Shown here in pieces: positions 1 through 9,623 of a DNA stretch of 64,000 bases. How positions within the stretch are numbered: position 1 is the stretch's first letter; each line of letters starts with the position of its first letter. The notes beneath the pieces are model-generated. The model did no database searches. It had not been told where the DNA came from and worked only from the letters and a program-made list of their open reading frames with translations. The DNA is from an uncultured Rhodospirillales bacterium (GTDB lineage: Bacteria > Pseudomonadota > Alphaproteobacteria > RF32 > CAG-239). Both the position numbers and the translations under genes were made by a program. The stretch is from contig CACWQT010000001.1 in assembly GCA_902763185.1 (NCBI GenBank), forward strand, positions 74,722 through 138,721. The letters are read 5' to 3'.

Positions 1-1152
1 TAAAACTTGGAAATTTTTAGGATTGTCTTTTAAGAGTTTCTTTAGCACTTTTGCCGCTTCATCATATTTTTTCTCGGTTGAGAGATTATTGGCTTTTTTA
101 ATTTGTGCCGGATAATACATTTCAGATTTTTTTACTATAGAATCGTAATATCTGTTTGCATCATCATACATTAAACGTTCTTCAAAAATATCTGCCATCG
201 CAACTTTGGCAATATCGTTATTTTCATTAAAATATTGAGAAATTGCCATATACACTTGTGCATAATCATATCCGGCCGCAATAGATTTAAATAATAAAGC
301 GATTTCTAAAAACACTTCGCTAACACCTATATCCGGCGTATTGACAATCGGAGCGGTCTTGTTATCACCCTCTTTTATTTTATCGCTCAAGCTTGATAAC
401 ATTTCTTTCAGGTTACCAGCACCATAATATTTGGATATCATTGTCAGTGCTTTGTCTTTTTGATTTTGGCGAACAAAAAAGTTAGAAATTATCTGCAACG
501 CTCTGAAAGACATATCATTAGATTTGTCGTTGATTATTTCTTCATAAAATTTTTGTGCCTCCTCAGGTTGGTTAAAGTATTCGGCAATCAAACCTCTATG
601 CAAACGATAAACCGTTTTCATTTCTTCTGTATTGGCTATTTTATTCAGTTCTTCTTTGGCTTTGTCGTAATTATTTTCGCCTGTATAACTCCACGCATTA
701 AATAGCGGAGCAATTAAATTCTTATAACTTTCTTCGCTTATTGCATCCAGCTGAGTTCTAGCCGCTTGATAATCTTTATGTTTAAAATCATAAGAAGCCG
801 TGATAACATCTATAAAATTATTATCATCTCCTTTTTCTCTTGCAAGATTAGCATATTTTACTGCTTCATCTATTCTTCCCTGAGATGCTAAAATAATGTA
901 GGTCCTACCTAATATTTCAGCATTAACTATGCCGTTATCAATGGTTTTGATATAATATTGAGCAGCGCGGTTATAGTCTTGGCGAATATGTGCAATACGT
1001 CCTGCCAAATAATTACCGTAAACAGAATCCTGCCTCTCTTGATAAGCCACCGCTTTTTTTTCATACTCCTGCAAATTAATGAAATTCCCAGTGCAAGAAT
1101 TAAAAAAGCCTATTCCGCTTAAAAGTGTTATTATGTAACTCGTTTTAAACAT
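1..1152 (-). CDS. TPR-repeat lipoprotein (N-terminus in window, 3' end runs off window start)
   Basis: Reverse-strand ATG at 1150-1152 gives MFKTSYIITLLSGIGFFNSC (signal peptide plus lipobox-like Cys) followed by TPR-like helical repeats, open to position 1; not in the ORF track because no stop lies inside the window. Confidence 0.55.
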   Translation of the reverse strand, partial: MFKTSYIITLLSGIGFFNSCTGNFINLQEYEKKAVAYQERQDSVYGNYLAGRIAHIRQDYNRAAQYYIKTIDNGIVNAEILGRTYIILASQGRIDEAVKYANLAREKGDDNNFIDVITASYDFKHKDYQAARTQLDAISEESYKNLIAPLFNAWSYTGENNYDKAKEELNKIANTEEMKTVYRLHRGLIAEYFNQPEEAQKFYEEIINDKSNDMSFRALQIISNFFVRQNQKDKALTMISKYYGAGNLKEMLSSLSDKIKEGDNKTAPIVNTPDIGVSEVFLEIALLFKSIAAGYDYAQVYMAISQYFNENNDIAKVAMADIFEERLMYDDANRYYDSIVKKSEMYYPAQIKKANNLSTEKKYDEAAKVLKKLLKDNPKNFQVL

Positions 1153-1274
1153 ATATCTTCAAAATCCTAAAAGTAGTTATGAATTATATCATTTTTTGCT
1201 TAACTTTAAAGTAATTTTATTATATTTGTGTAAATAATTGCTTTATAACCAATAAAAAGTAAAATATAAATTAA

Positions 1275-2060
1275 TTGTTAGTCATGGATAAACAAATTAA
1301 CATACAAGAAACATTGGATTGGTACATCGTTGCCGGTGTAGATGAAGTCGTGGGTGATACCCCTGGTCTTGCCGCAGAAAAAACTTTACCTGTTACTCCT
1401 CTTAACAAAATTTCCGTTAAACAGGTTAATGTTTCTACTGTTTCAATTTCTGCTACGTTAAAAAACGCTAAAGAAGCCTGTCAAAAAGCAAATTCTTTAG
1501 ATGAACTTAGAGAGCTTATGATTCATTTTGACGGTTGTAACTTAAAAAATACGGCGGCTTCTACTGTTTTTGGAGATGGAAACCCTAAAACAAAAGTGAT
1601 GCTTATCGGTGAAGCTCCCGGGGCTGATGAAGATAGAATCGGTAAACCATTTGTCGGCAGATGCGGTCATTTGCTTGATAAGATGCTTGCAGCTATCGGG
1701 TTAAGCCGAAATGAATGTTATATTACAAATGTACTTCCTTGGCGTCCACCGGGGAATCGCACACCAACAGATGAAGAAATTGCTGTATGCCTGCCTTTTT
1801 TAAAAAGGCAAATAGAACTGATTGGTCCTGATATTTTGTTGCTCTTAGGTGGAATCGCTTTGAAATCAGTATTGGATTGTAATGATTCTATTTCTCGAAC
1901 GCGTGGCAAATGGTTGCAATATTCTTTATCTCAGAATAAGGAATTGCAGGTGCTTGCAACTTATCATCCCTCTTATTTATTGCGCAGTTCAAATCAAAAA
2001 GCCAAAGTTTGGACCGATTTTTTACGGCTTAAAAAGAAACTTAGCGAAATAAATCAATAA
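1275..2060 (+). CDS. uracil-DNA glycosylase, family 4 (with N-terminal extension)
   Basis: GEAPGADEDRIGKPFVGRCGHLLDKML family-4 UDG motif; HPSYLLR C-terminal motif. Confidence 0.85.
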   Translation: MLVMDKQINIQETLDWYIVAGVDEVVGDTPGLAAEKTLPVTPLNKISVKQVNVSTVSISATLKNAKEACQKANSLDELRELMIHFDGCNLKNTAASTVFGDGNPKTKVMLIGEAPGADEDRIGKPFVGRCGHLLDKMLAAIGLSRNECYITNVLPWRPPGNRTPTDEEIAVCLPFLKRQIELIGPDILLLLGGIALKSVLDCNDSISRTRGKWLQYSLSQNKELQVLATYHPSYLLRSSNQKAKVWTDFLRLKKKLSEINQ

Positions 2061-2137
2061 AAATTTTCGCAGTTAATAAAAATTAAACTATCTTTAGTTT
2101 ATTATACCTCTAAAGTTAAGAGTAATGAGGTCTTACC

Positions 2138-2875
2138 ATGAATAAATCTATTAAGTTTTTTTCTATTTTATGCGGTGTTGCTTTGATTTCTGCTTCTGCC
2201 GAAGCAGCTGAACGTAGTAACAAAAAGGTAACAAACCCGTCAACGCGCCGAGATGCCGTTATATTTAAGGTGCATAATATTGAGCCAATATCAGAAGATG
2301 GTATTGTTACAGGTTGCGATTTTGATGTAACGCTTTATAATCGCACATCTATCAATTTTAGAAACTTTACCCTTAATATGGCGTGGAATGATAAAGTTGA
2401 GGAGAAATTTAAGTTTAATAGCTATATGGAAAAATTCTTGACCAAAGAAGAGCTTGCACAACAAAAAAATCTTATAGAAAATGCCGCAGATATAAAGCCT
2501 TTACAGTCTTCTATTACCGTTAATGCTTTTGGTGCAGATAAGCAAATATCCGTTCACTCGCATGTCAATAGTGAAAAGTGCTACTTAATGCTTTCTAACG
2601 CATCTTTTTCCGTAACACCCTGTGATATCGTTCGCAATGTTGATATGCCAAATATCGGAAATAACTTTGATAACAAAGAATGCACGGCTTTATTCCAATT
2701 TGTTGATACTTCTAACCCTGAATACTTCGGGCAATTTAAGAAGCTTTCTGCAACGGAACTTGAAGAGCAAAATCAAAAGCTTGAAGAGAAAGAATTGACC
2801 GATATTGATTCGGTAATAGATAAAATTGTTGATAATTTAGGAACTTCGGATAAAACATTAACTGATATAAATTAG
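2138..2875 (+). CDS. secreted hypothetical protein
   Basis: N-terminal signal peptide MNKSIKFFSILCGVALISASAEAA; no recognisable domain. Confidence 0.6.
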   Translation: MNKSIKFFSILCGVALISASAEAAERSNKKVTNPSTRRDAVIFKVHNIEPISEDGIVTGCDFDVTLYNRTSINFRNFTLNMAWNDKVEEKFKFNSYMEKFLTKEELAQQKNLIENAADIKPLQSSITVNAFGADKQISVHSHVNSEKCYLMLSNASFSVTPCDIVRNVDMPNIGNNFDNKECTALFQFVDTSNPEYFGQFKKLSATELEEQNQKLEEKELTDIDSVIDKIVDNLGTSDKTLTDIN

Positions 2876-2888
2876 TTTTGGAGCAGAT

Positions 2889-3521
2889 ATGCGACGCTTT
2901 TTATATGTCTTTTTCATTTGTTTCGGCTTATTTGTGCCACAGGTTAATGCACAGGTTCTTGATGATGATACAACCGATGGTGATGAAGAACTCTTTAACG
3001 AGATGTTTAGTGACTACTCCGAAACAGAAAAAGATGTTACAAAAATTGAAGATTTCGGTGATATTGTAGAGCGTGCCGGTGATGTATTGAAAAAAGTTGA
3101 AGCGGCAAAAAACGATTCTTCTCAAGTTTCAAATAATGATTTGCCGCCGATAGACGGTGCTTTGTCCATTGGTATCACAAAAGGCAGTTTTAAGACTTAC
3201 GACGGATTCCATGGTGAACCGACTTGTTCTTTTGGTGTAACCCTCAAATCTACACTTAATCTTGATATAAAGCATTTGGGTTTATACCTTATCTATCCGA
3301 AAAGAAGTTTTGCTTTTATGTTCTTTGATGTTAAAGCTAACAGCGGACAGGAGCATTTTATTGAGACAACCGGTGACATTTGCTACAATTTAACAGGTGT
3401 GCCGGATATAGAGATTCATAAATGCAAAATTTATGGTGCCTCGAACCAAGAATGTTCTCAACGTTTAACGTGGGATGAGAATATTACCGCTCCAGAAGAA
3501 CCTACAATACTTTCATTTTAA
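2889..3521 (+). CDS. secreted hypothetical protein
   Basis: Signal peptide MRRFLYVFFICFGLFVPQVNAQ; acidic N-terminal region; directly follows previous ORF. Confidence 0.6.
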   Translation: MRRFLYVFFICFGLFVPQVNAQVLDDDTTDGDEELFNEMFSDYSETEKDVTKIEDFGDIVERAGDVLKKVEAAKNDSSQVSNNDLPPIDGALSIGITKGSFKTYDGFHGEPTCSFGVTLKSTLNLDIKHLGLYLIYPKRSFAFMFFDVKANSGQEHFIETTGDICYNLTGVPDIEIHKCKIYGASNQECSQRLTWDENITAPEEPTILSF

Positions 3522-3558
3522 TATTTATAAAGAATCGGCTTGCAACTTTCCTTAAATT

Positions 3559-3915
3559 GTGGTATTTTGGCATAAAATTAAAGTTTATGTCATGAAAGAA
3601 TTATTCATCTATGTCCTTATAGCGTTAGCATGCGCTTATGGGACAGTGTGGCTCATCCTTCAAGGTGATGCCGCATGGGGAATTAGCGGAAAGTGGGTAT
3701 TTCCGAGTATTATAGCTTTTATCCATGGGTATGGCTATTCTGTGAAGGCTATTTTGCTCATTTCCACTTTTACCTTTTATATGGTAACAACGTTACATAG
3801 ATACATCGCGAGAGGTATCTTTATCCTGATCATCTGGACAGTTGTTATCATGCTGGTTATCGCTGCCGCATATGCCTTATGGCAGCTGCTGTTGATAGCG
3901 GCAGATCATCTCTAA
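3559..3915 (+). CDS. small integral membrane protein (about 4 TM)
   Basis: Hydrophobic throughout; followed by a strong intrinsic terminator. Confidence 0.5.
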   Translation: MVFWHKIKVYVMKELFIYVLIALACAYGTVWLILQGDAAWGISGKWVFPSIIAFIHGYGYSVKAILLISTFTFYMVTTLHRYIARGIFILIIWTVVIMLVIAAAYALWQLLLIAADHL

Positions 3916-3920
3916 GAAAG

Positions 3921-3962
3921 AGTTGTTTTTTGGGTTTAAGACCTAAAAAACAACTTTTTTTA
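3921..3962 (+). terminator. rho-independent terminator
   Basis: AGTTGTTTTTT ... AAAAAACAACT inverted repeat followed by TTTTTTT. Confidence 0.7.
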
Positions 3963-4043
3963 TTTTAGTTAGTTGTTTTTTCATATTTCTATGATAAAAA
4001 TGGTCTAAATTGGTATTGGTATGACTTATGAAATGAGGAAAAA

Positions 4044-4778
4044 ATGGATACACAAGTAACAACTGAAGCAGTTAATCAACTTTCTATGTGGAGCATGGTT
4101 TGGTCTTCTGACCTTATTACAAAGGCGGTAATGATTGGACTTGTTGCCGCATCAATTTGGTCTTGGGCAATTATTTTTGAAAAATTTAATACGCTTCGCC
4201 AAGTCAAAAGACTTTCAAAATTATTTGAAGAGCGTTTTTGGTCAGGTGGTTCGCTTGATAAGCTTTATGATTCTATCGGAACACCGCAAGACCCAATGTC
4301 TGCGATGTTTGTGGCGGCAATGAAAGAGTGGCGACGCACAAATATTATGAAGTCCAAGGCAGATAGAGGCTTAAGAGGTGTTTCGCTTCAACAGCGAATC
4401 GAAAAAGCAATGATGGTCTCTATGGATAAAGAATTAGAAGAACTGGATAACCATTTAGGCTTTTTAGCTTCTACCGGTTCGGTTGCACCTTTGGTTGGGT
4501 TGTTTGGAACAGTTTGGGGAATTATCGCCTGCTTTAACGCAATTGCCGTTACACAAAGCAATTCTTTAACGTCTATTGCTCCCGGTATTGCTGAAGCTTT
4601 ATTTACCACCGCATTTGGTTTAATTGCAGCGATTCCAGCTTATGTTGCCTATAATATTATTACATCAGAGATTGAGCGCTACGCTAAGCAGTTAGATAAT
4701 TTCTTAGCTGAATTTTCAAGTATTCTCTCTCGTGAAATTGATGATACTGCCATTAGGGCAGAAATGGCCGGAGAATAA
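4044..4778 (+). CDS. tolQ: Tol-Pal system protein TolQ
   Basis: FWSG motif, LGTVGS..PxxGLFGTVWGI motor motif, 3 TM; aligns with E. coli TolQ. Confidence 0.85.
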   Translation: MDTQVTTEAVNQLSMWSMVWSSDLITKAVMIGLVAASIWSWAIIFEKFNTLRQVKRLSKLFEERFWSGGSLDKLYDSIGTPQDPMSAMFVAAMKEWRRTNIMKSKADRGLRGVSLQQRIEKAMMVSMDKELEELDNHLGFLASTGSVAPLVGLFGTVWGIIACFNAIAVTQSNSLTSIAPGIAEALFTTAFGLIAAIPAYVAYNIITSEIERYAKQLDNFLAEFSSILSREIDDTAIRAEMAGE

Positions 4779-4780
4779 TA

Positions 4781-5203
4781 ATGCCTAAAGCAGTTCGTTT
4801 ACATAGCAGGAGAGAAAGCCGCCGAAACGCCAATATCAACATGACTAATCTTATGGACGTCATGATGGTATTATTAGTGGTATTTATGGTCGCAGCACCG
4901 ATGATGACATCCGGTATTCCTTTGGACTTGCCTAAAGTCGGTGGCGGCACGCTTGACGGCAAGGATACCTCTATAAATATCAGTGTTGATAAAGACGGTA
5001 ATTATTACATCGGTCAAAGCATTATTGAGCCAGATACAATTATTGATAAAATCATGGCCATTAAAGGAGAAAACAGAGATGTCACAATAACCATATCCGG
5101 TGATGCGTCTTCGGCATATGGTAGTGTTATCGGGCTCATGGCAATGCTCAAAGAGGCCGGATTTAGTAAAGTCGGATTAAAGACCGATGCAAAACGCAAA
5201 TAA
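4781..5203 (+). CDS. tolR: Tol-Pal system protein TolR
   Basis: ExbD/TolR-size protein with single N-terminal TM immediately after tolQ. Confidence 0.8.
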   Translation: MPKAVRLHSRRESRRNANINMTNLMDVMMVLLVVFMVAAPMMTSGIPLDLPKVGGGTLDGKDTSINISVDKDGNYYIGQSIIEPDTIIDKIMAIKGENRDVTITISGDASSAYGSVIGLMAMLKEAGFSKVGLKTDAKRK

Positions 5204-5218
5204 ACTTAAGAAAGTTAA

Positions 5219-6229
5219 TTGATGCGCAAAAGTTATGTTTATAAATCGGTAGCCCTTCACATAGCAGTTTTTCTGCTGTGTATCTTTGATATACCGTATT
5301 TTTACCAACAACATGACTTTGATGAAACTCCTCCAATTATGGTGGATTTAAATGATGTAGTGATTTCGGATATGACAAATCTTCCGGAACTTGCTGTCAG
5401 AGGTGAAGAAAGAAAGCCCGCCACTCGCAAAGAAAAACCAGAAAAAGAACAAGCGGCAAAAAAAACACCTAAGCCACAACCGGAACCAGAAACAAAAGAA
5501 GAACCTAAAATAGAAACACCGGATATTAAATCTCCGTCTTTAGTGGAAGATGCGCCCAAAATGGAGGAATCCAAAGAAGAACCGACAAAAGAGAAAAAAG
5601 AACCAATTAAAGAAAAGAAAAAGCCAGCTCCTATTCCACAGAAAAAACCGCAGGTTAAGCCTGATAAAAAGCCGGAACCCAAGAAAAAAACTGAGCCTAA
5701 TAAACAAAATACAAATACATCCAATACAAAGAAGACATCTGTTAAGTCTACGAATCCGTTGGAAAGCCTGATGAACTCAGTTGATGATTTGCAAAAGCAA
5801 ATCGGTGAGGAAGATACTCCGGCACAAATTCCTTATAATGAGCCGGTTAACAATATGGGAATTGAGGGTGGTAACAGTAAAGGCTCTTACTTCAGCGAAC
5901 TTTCTGTTTCAGGAATCGACTACGTTAAAACCAAAATTCAAGAATCGTGGAAAACAACAATCGGCGGCAAAGATGACCGCAATATAGAAGTTGTTATCAA
6001 TGTTAAACTTACTAAAGAGGGTATTATCCAATCAGTTGATGTTGAAGATATGCGGCGTTATCGCACAGATACATATTTCCAAGCTTTGGCAGACAGTGCC
6101 GAACGGGCTATCCGTATTGCTCAAGATGTGCATAATGTGTTTGGTGTATTATCAAAGCAAAGCGGCTCCAGTTATGATAAATGGAAAGAAATACGCTTTA
6201 CGTTTACACCTTTGGGTTTGGTAAAATAG
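5219..6229 (+). CDS. tolA: TolA-like protein with Lys/Pro/Glu-rich domain II
   Basis: N-terminal TM, long KPEPK/KEEPK low-complexity central region, globular C-terminal domain; position after tolQR. Confidence 0.7.
   Translation: MMRKSYVYKSVALHIAVFLLCIFDIPYFYQQHDFDETPPIMVDLNDVVISDMTNLPELAVRGEERKPATRKEKPEKEQAAKKTPKPQPEPETKEEPKIETPDIKSPSLVEDAPKMEESKEEPTKEKKEPIKEKKKPAPIPQKKPQVKPDKKPEPKKKTEPNKQNTNTSNTKKTSVKSTNPLESLMNSVDDLQKQIGEEDTPAQIPYNEPVNNMGIEGGNSKGSYFSELSVSGIDYVKTKIQESWKTTIGGKDDRNIEVVINVKLTKEGIIQSVDVEDMRRYRTDTYFQALADSAERAIRIAQDVHNVFGVLSKQSGSSYDKWKEIRFTFTPLGLVK
5390..5720 (+). repeat. low-complexity K/P/E-rich coding repeats (TolA domain II)
   Basis: Repeated AAA/AAG/CCN/GAA codon runs encoding KPEPK-type units. 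Confidence 0.6.
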
Positions 6230-6829
6230 TTATATATTCAGCCGATAGCCGTTATTTTCGGTAATAATCAGTTGATTTTTGCCGTTCTTCTCTACTTTTT
6301 GACGAACCCGGTAAATGTGGGTTTCTACCGTATGTGTGGTAGCATCGGTGCTGTATTCCCAAACATTTTTCAACAGATCTTCTTTGCTTGCCGTTACGGG
6401 GGCAGTTTGGTAAAGATATTTGATAATGTCCACTTCTTTCTCTGTCAGTTTGGTCGTTTTGCCGGTTATATCGGATACAATCTCCTTTTTAACCGGATAA
6501 AGGCTATATTCCTTAAAAGTCAAACACTCTTTTCGGCGCACTTTGGGTAGCAATGTGTTATTTTTTAGCGCACCCAACATCGGCTCTAATTTAAATGGTT
6601 TTTTGATAATTAAATCGGCATTGTTTATCGGCTTCTCTTCACTTAAAAACAAAACAACCGGAATATCTTTTATTTTCTGCGCCGTTTCTGCTTTTTCATC
6701 AATAAAGATAACATCTTCATCGCTTTGAAGTTCGTTTATCAAAACAATACTGTCTTTTAGATATTGACTTATCTGACCGGCCAAATCTTCTGCAAATATT
6801 ATGTTATCTGATAAAATCCCGATTTTCAT
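6230..6829 (-). CDS. atypical OmpR/PhoB-family winged-helix regulator (degenerate receiver domain)
   Basis: C-terminal trans_reg_C-like segment (TEKEVDIIKYL ... THIYRVRQKV ... GYRL); N-terminal receiver-like fold lacks the canonical acidic pocket / DD pair. Confidence 0.6.
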   Translation of the reverse strand: MKIGILSDNIIFAEDLAGQISQYLKDSIVLINELQSDEDVIFIDEKAETAQKIKDIPVVLFLSEEKPINNADLIIKKPFKLEPMLGALKNNTLLPKVRRKECLTFKEYSLYPVKKEIVSDITGKTTKLTEKEVDIIKYLYQTAPVTASKEDLLKNVWEYSTDATTHTVETHIYRVRQKVEKNGKNQLIITENNGYRLNI

Positions 6830-7929
6830 TATAAACTCAGCTCCAGACCAAAGATAAAAGCATAACCTTTACTGTTATTCCTGATATTATCATCTTCTCC
6901 GATAGATTTTAAGTGCGCCACCGTCAATGAAAAAGCGGTGCATTTGTTATATTGGTATTTATTGGAAAAACTGATGATTTTATCGCGATTATTGGCTTTT
7001 TCAGCCTTAGAATCGAAATAGGCAATACCCGTGGTTAACGGACCAAAAGTATAACTTAAGCCGACATTATAGGCTCGTCCGTTACGGTAAGAATCAAAAA
7101 GTGTATCTTCATTTAGGCGATAGTCATTTGCGCCTGTTTCGGTTTTGCGATAAGAGGCACCCAATGTCCATCCTTTGCGGTAAACACTAAATCCGGCAGA
7201 ATATTCTCTGTCGTTTTTATCGTAATCTGCGAATCCGAGAGAGGTTTCCAATTCATAATCTAAAATATCCCATCCGCCGTATGCGCCCAAAACATAAGCA
7301 TCTTCGTTTTTATATTCGGCATGCTTAGCAACTAAACCTGATTGGCTATACGTTTTTGGAATATATGTTGCACCAAGCTTAATACCGTAATATTCGGGAG
7401 TTACATAATTCGCTTTCAGGGAATTACCGTCAGTATTTATATATGTTGAATTGAGCGTTTTATAGGCGGCTTTATGACCTTTCTTATACCAGTTCGGGTT
7501 AGTAATAAAATTAACCAATTCGGTGTTATTGATGTGATACGCACCAACATTCGGTGCACCAACAGCAAAATTATAGGCAACGTTATTGTCTTGTCCCAAA
7601 GATACCTCACCAAACGGCGTTTCTGTTAATAAATAAAATTCTTCGCCCCATTTGCCTTGATTATAATTTTCTACCTCCTTTGCTGAATCCACCATAAAAT
7701 AACCGATAAGCGATGTTGTATAGTCACTGTTAAATTCGTAACTCAATCGTCCGAACAGGTTTAATGACGAATTAAGGTTATTTTGTTTATGGAGCTTTTT
7801 ATAATCTTTTGAATAATCGGTATAGCCATAATAGTTATTAAGCGATGCATCGTATTCATAGTCCCAAGAGCCGGCAGAAGCTACCGCCGGAAAGGCTAAA
7901 ATCAGCAAAGAAAGCAGTTGTGTTCTCAT
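6829..7929 (-). CDS. outer-membrane beta-barrel / porin-like protein
   Basis: Signal peptide MRTQLLSLLILAFPAVASA, Tyr/Gly/Asn-rich alternating strands; its stop overlaps the start of the downstream regulator (TAATG). Confidence 0.55.
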   Translation of the reverse strand: MRTQLLSLLILAFPAVASAGSWDYEYDASLNNYYGYTDYSKDYKKLHKQNNLNSSLNLFGRLSYEFNSDYTTSLIGYFMVDSAKEVENYNQGKWGEEFYLLTETPFGEVSLGQDNNVAYNFAVGAPNVGAYHINNTELVNFITNPNWYKKGHKAAYKTLNSTYINTDGNSLKANYVTPEYYGIKLGATYIPKTYSQSGLVAKHAEYKNEDAYVLGAYGGWDILDYELETSLGFADYDKNDREYSAGFSVYRKGWTLGASYRKTETGANDYRLNEDTLFDSYRNGRAYNVGLSYTFGPLTTGIAYFDSKAEKANNRDKIISFSNKYQYNKCTAFSLTVAHLKSIGEDDNIRNNSKGYAFIFGLELSL

Positions 7930-8086
7930 CGATAACCCTTAAAAATTTTTAATCTTTTTAGTAATATAAAGCTATCTTTTTGTCTTCACAAGACTTATAT
8001 TGTTTATAACCTAAAAAAATATGGATAAATATAAAGCTTTCTGCTTTATCTTATGGATAACTGATTTAATAAACATGGAGAATAAA

Positions 8087-9616
8087 ATGCAAAAACCTGT
8101 AATGCTTTTAATTTTGGACGGCTGGGGATATCGTGAAAAGACAACATCTGATAATGCCATAGAACAAGGAGATACACCAAATTGGCATTATTTGTTACAA
8201 AACTATCCGCATTGTTTTGTGGAAACATCAGGTTATGATGTCGGTCTTCCTGACGGGCAAATGGGCAATTCTGAGGTCGGACATACAAACCTCGGTGCCG
8301 GTCGCGTTGTTATGCAAGATTTACCCAAAATTGATTTGGCAATCAAAGAAGGTACATTAAAAACGAATCCGGTTGTTCGCCAGATGATTGAAAAATTAAA
8401 AGAAACAAAAGGCTCTTGTCACTTGATGGGGTTAATGTCACCCGGAGGTGTTCACTCGCACCAAAAACATATCGAAGCGATGTGTGCAATTTTGGCAGAA
8501 AATGGTATAAAGGTTAATGTTCACGCCTTTTTAGACGGTAGAGATACGCCACCACAGTCAGCTAAAGGCTTTTTAAGTGAGTTTGAAAAAAACATCAAAG
8601 ACCTGAATGGCGTTAAAGTCGCAACAATTTCCGGTCGTTTCTACGCCATGGACAGAGATAAACGTTGGGATAGAGTTGAAAAAGCGTATAACAATATTGT
8701 CTTGGCTGATGGCAAACGCTTTGCAACCTCTGATGAGGCTATCAGCGAATCCTATAAAGAAGGTGTTACCGATGAATTTGTTATTCCGGCAGTTATCGGG
8801 GATTATCAAGGCGCAAAAGACGGCGATGTTGTGTTAATGATTAATTTTAGAGCCGATAGAGCGCGTGAAATTCTGTATGCTCTAGGTGATAAAGAATTTA
8901 ATGGATTTGAAAGAAAGAAAATTATTCACTTTGCTGAGCTTGTCGGCATGGTTGAATATTCTGTTGATCACAATCGTTTTATGAAAACCATTTTTGCACC
9001 GGAGGCCTTGAAGAACATCTTTGGTGAAGTCGTTGCAAACCATGGTTTAACCCAACTTCGAATCGCAGAAACCGAAAAATATGCTCATGTTACGTTTTTC
9101 TTTAACGGTGGAGAGGAAAAAGAGTTTAAGGGTGAGGATAGAATCCTAATTAACAGCCCTAAAGTTGCTACATACGATCTTAAACCGGAGATGAGTGTTT
9201 ATGAGGTAACAGAAGCCTTAACCGATGCGATTGAACAACAAAAATATGATGTCATCATTTGCAATTTTGCTAACGGCGATATGGTCGGGCATACCGGTAT
9301 TATGGATGCTGCTCTTAAAGCGGTTGCTGCGGTTGATGATTGCTTGGGTCAGGTTTTAAGAGCCATTAAAAAAGTTAATGGTGTTTTATTGGTTACGGCT
9401 GATCACGGCAATGTAGAAAAAATGGTTGATGAACAAACCGGTGAGCCTTATACAGCACATACCGTCGGTAAAGTTCAGGCTGTTTTGTTTAATGCAGATA
9501 AAAACATTACATCCCTAAAAGACGGCAGATTGGCTGATATTGCTCCAACATTATTAGATTTAATGCAAATAGAAAAACCTCAAGAAATGACGGGAAATTC
9601 ACTTATTATTAAATAG
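8087..9616 (+). CDS. gpmI: 2,3-bisphosphoglycerate-independent phosphoglycerate mutase
   Basis: LLILDGWG, GNSEVGH, MSPGGVHSH motifs. ORF opens at 8021; the ATG at 8087 has a GGAGA SD and matches family N-termini. Confidence 0.9.
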   Translation: MQKPVMLLILDGWGYREKTTSDNAIEQGDTPNWHYLLQNYPHCFVETSGYDVGLPDGQMGNSEVGHTNLGAGRVVMQDLPKIDLAIKEGTLKTNPVVRQMIEKLKETKGSCHLMGLMSPGGVHSHQKHIEAMCAILAENGIKVNVHAFLDGRDTPPQSAKGFLSEFEKNIKDLNGVKVATISGRFYAMDRDKRWDRVEKAYNNIVLADGKRFATSDEAISESYKEGVTDEFVIPAVIGDYQGAKDGDVVLMINFRADRAREILYALGDKEFNGFERKKIIHFAELVGMVEYSVDHNRFMKTIFAPEALKNIFGEVVANHGLTQLRIAETEKYAHVTFFFNGGEEKEFKGEDRILINSPKVATYDLKPEMSVYEVTEALTDAIEQQKYDVIICNFANGDMVGHTGIMDAALKAVAAVDDCLGQVLRAIKKVNGVLLVTADHGNVEKMVDEQTGEPYTAHTVGKVQAVLFNADKNITSLKDGRLADIAPTLLDLMQIEKPQEMTGNSLIIK

Positions 9617-9623
9617 GAAACGA

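Noticed and set aside
460-705. 81-aa plus-strand ORF in the ORF track
   Set aside because: Lies antisense inside the much longer reverse-strand TPR lipoprotein gene (1-1152); hydrophobic junk typical of AT-rich antisense frames.
5550-5771. 73-aa K/R-rich ORF
   Set aside because: Alternative frame of the AAA/AAG-rich tolA low-complexity region.
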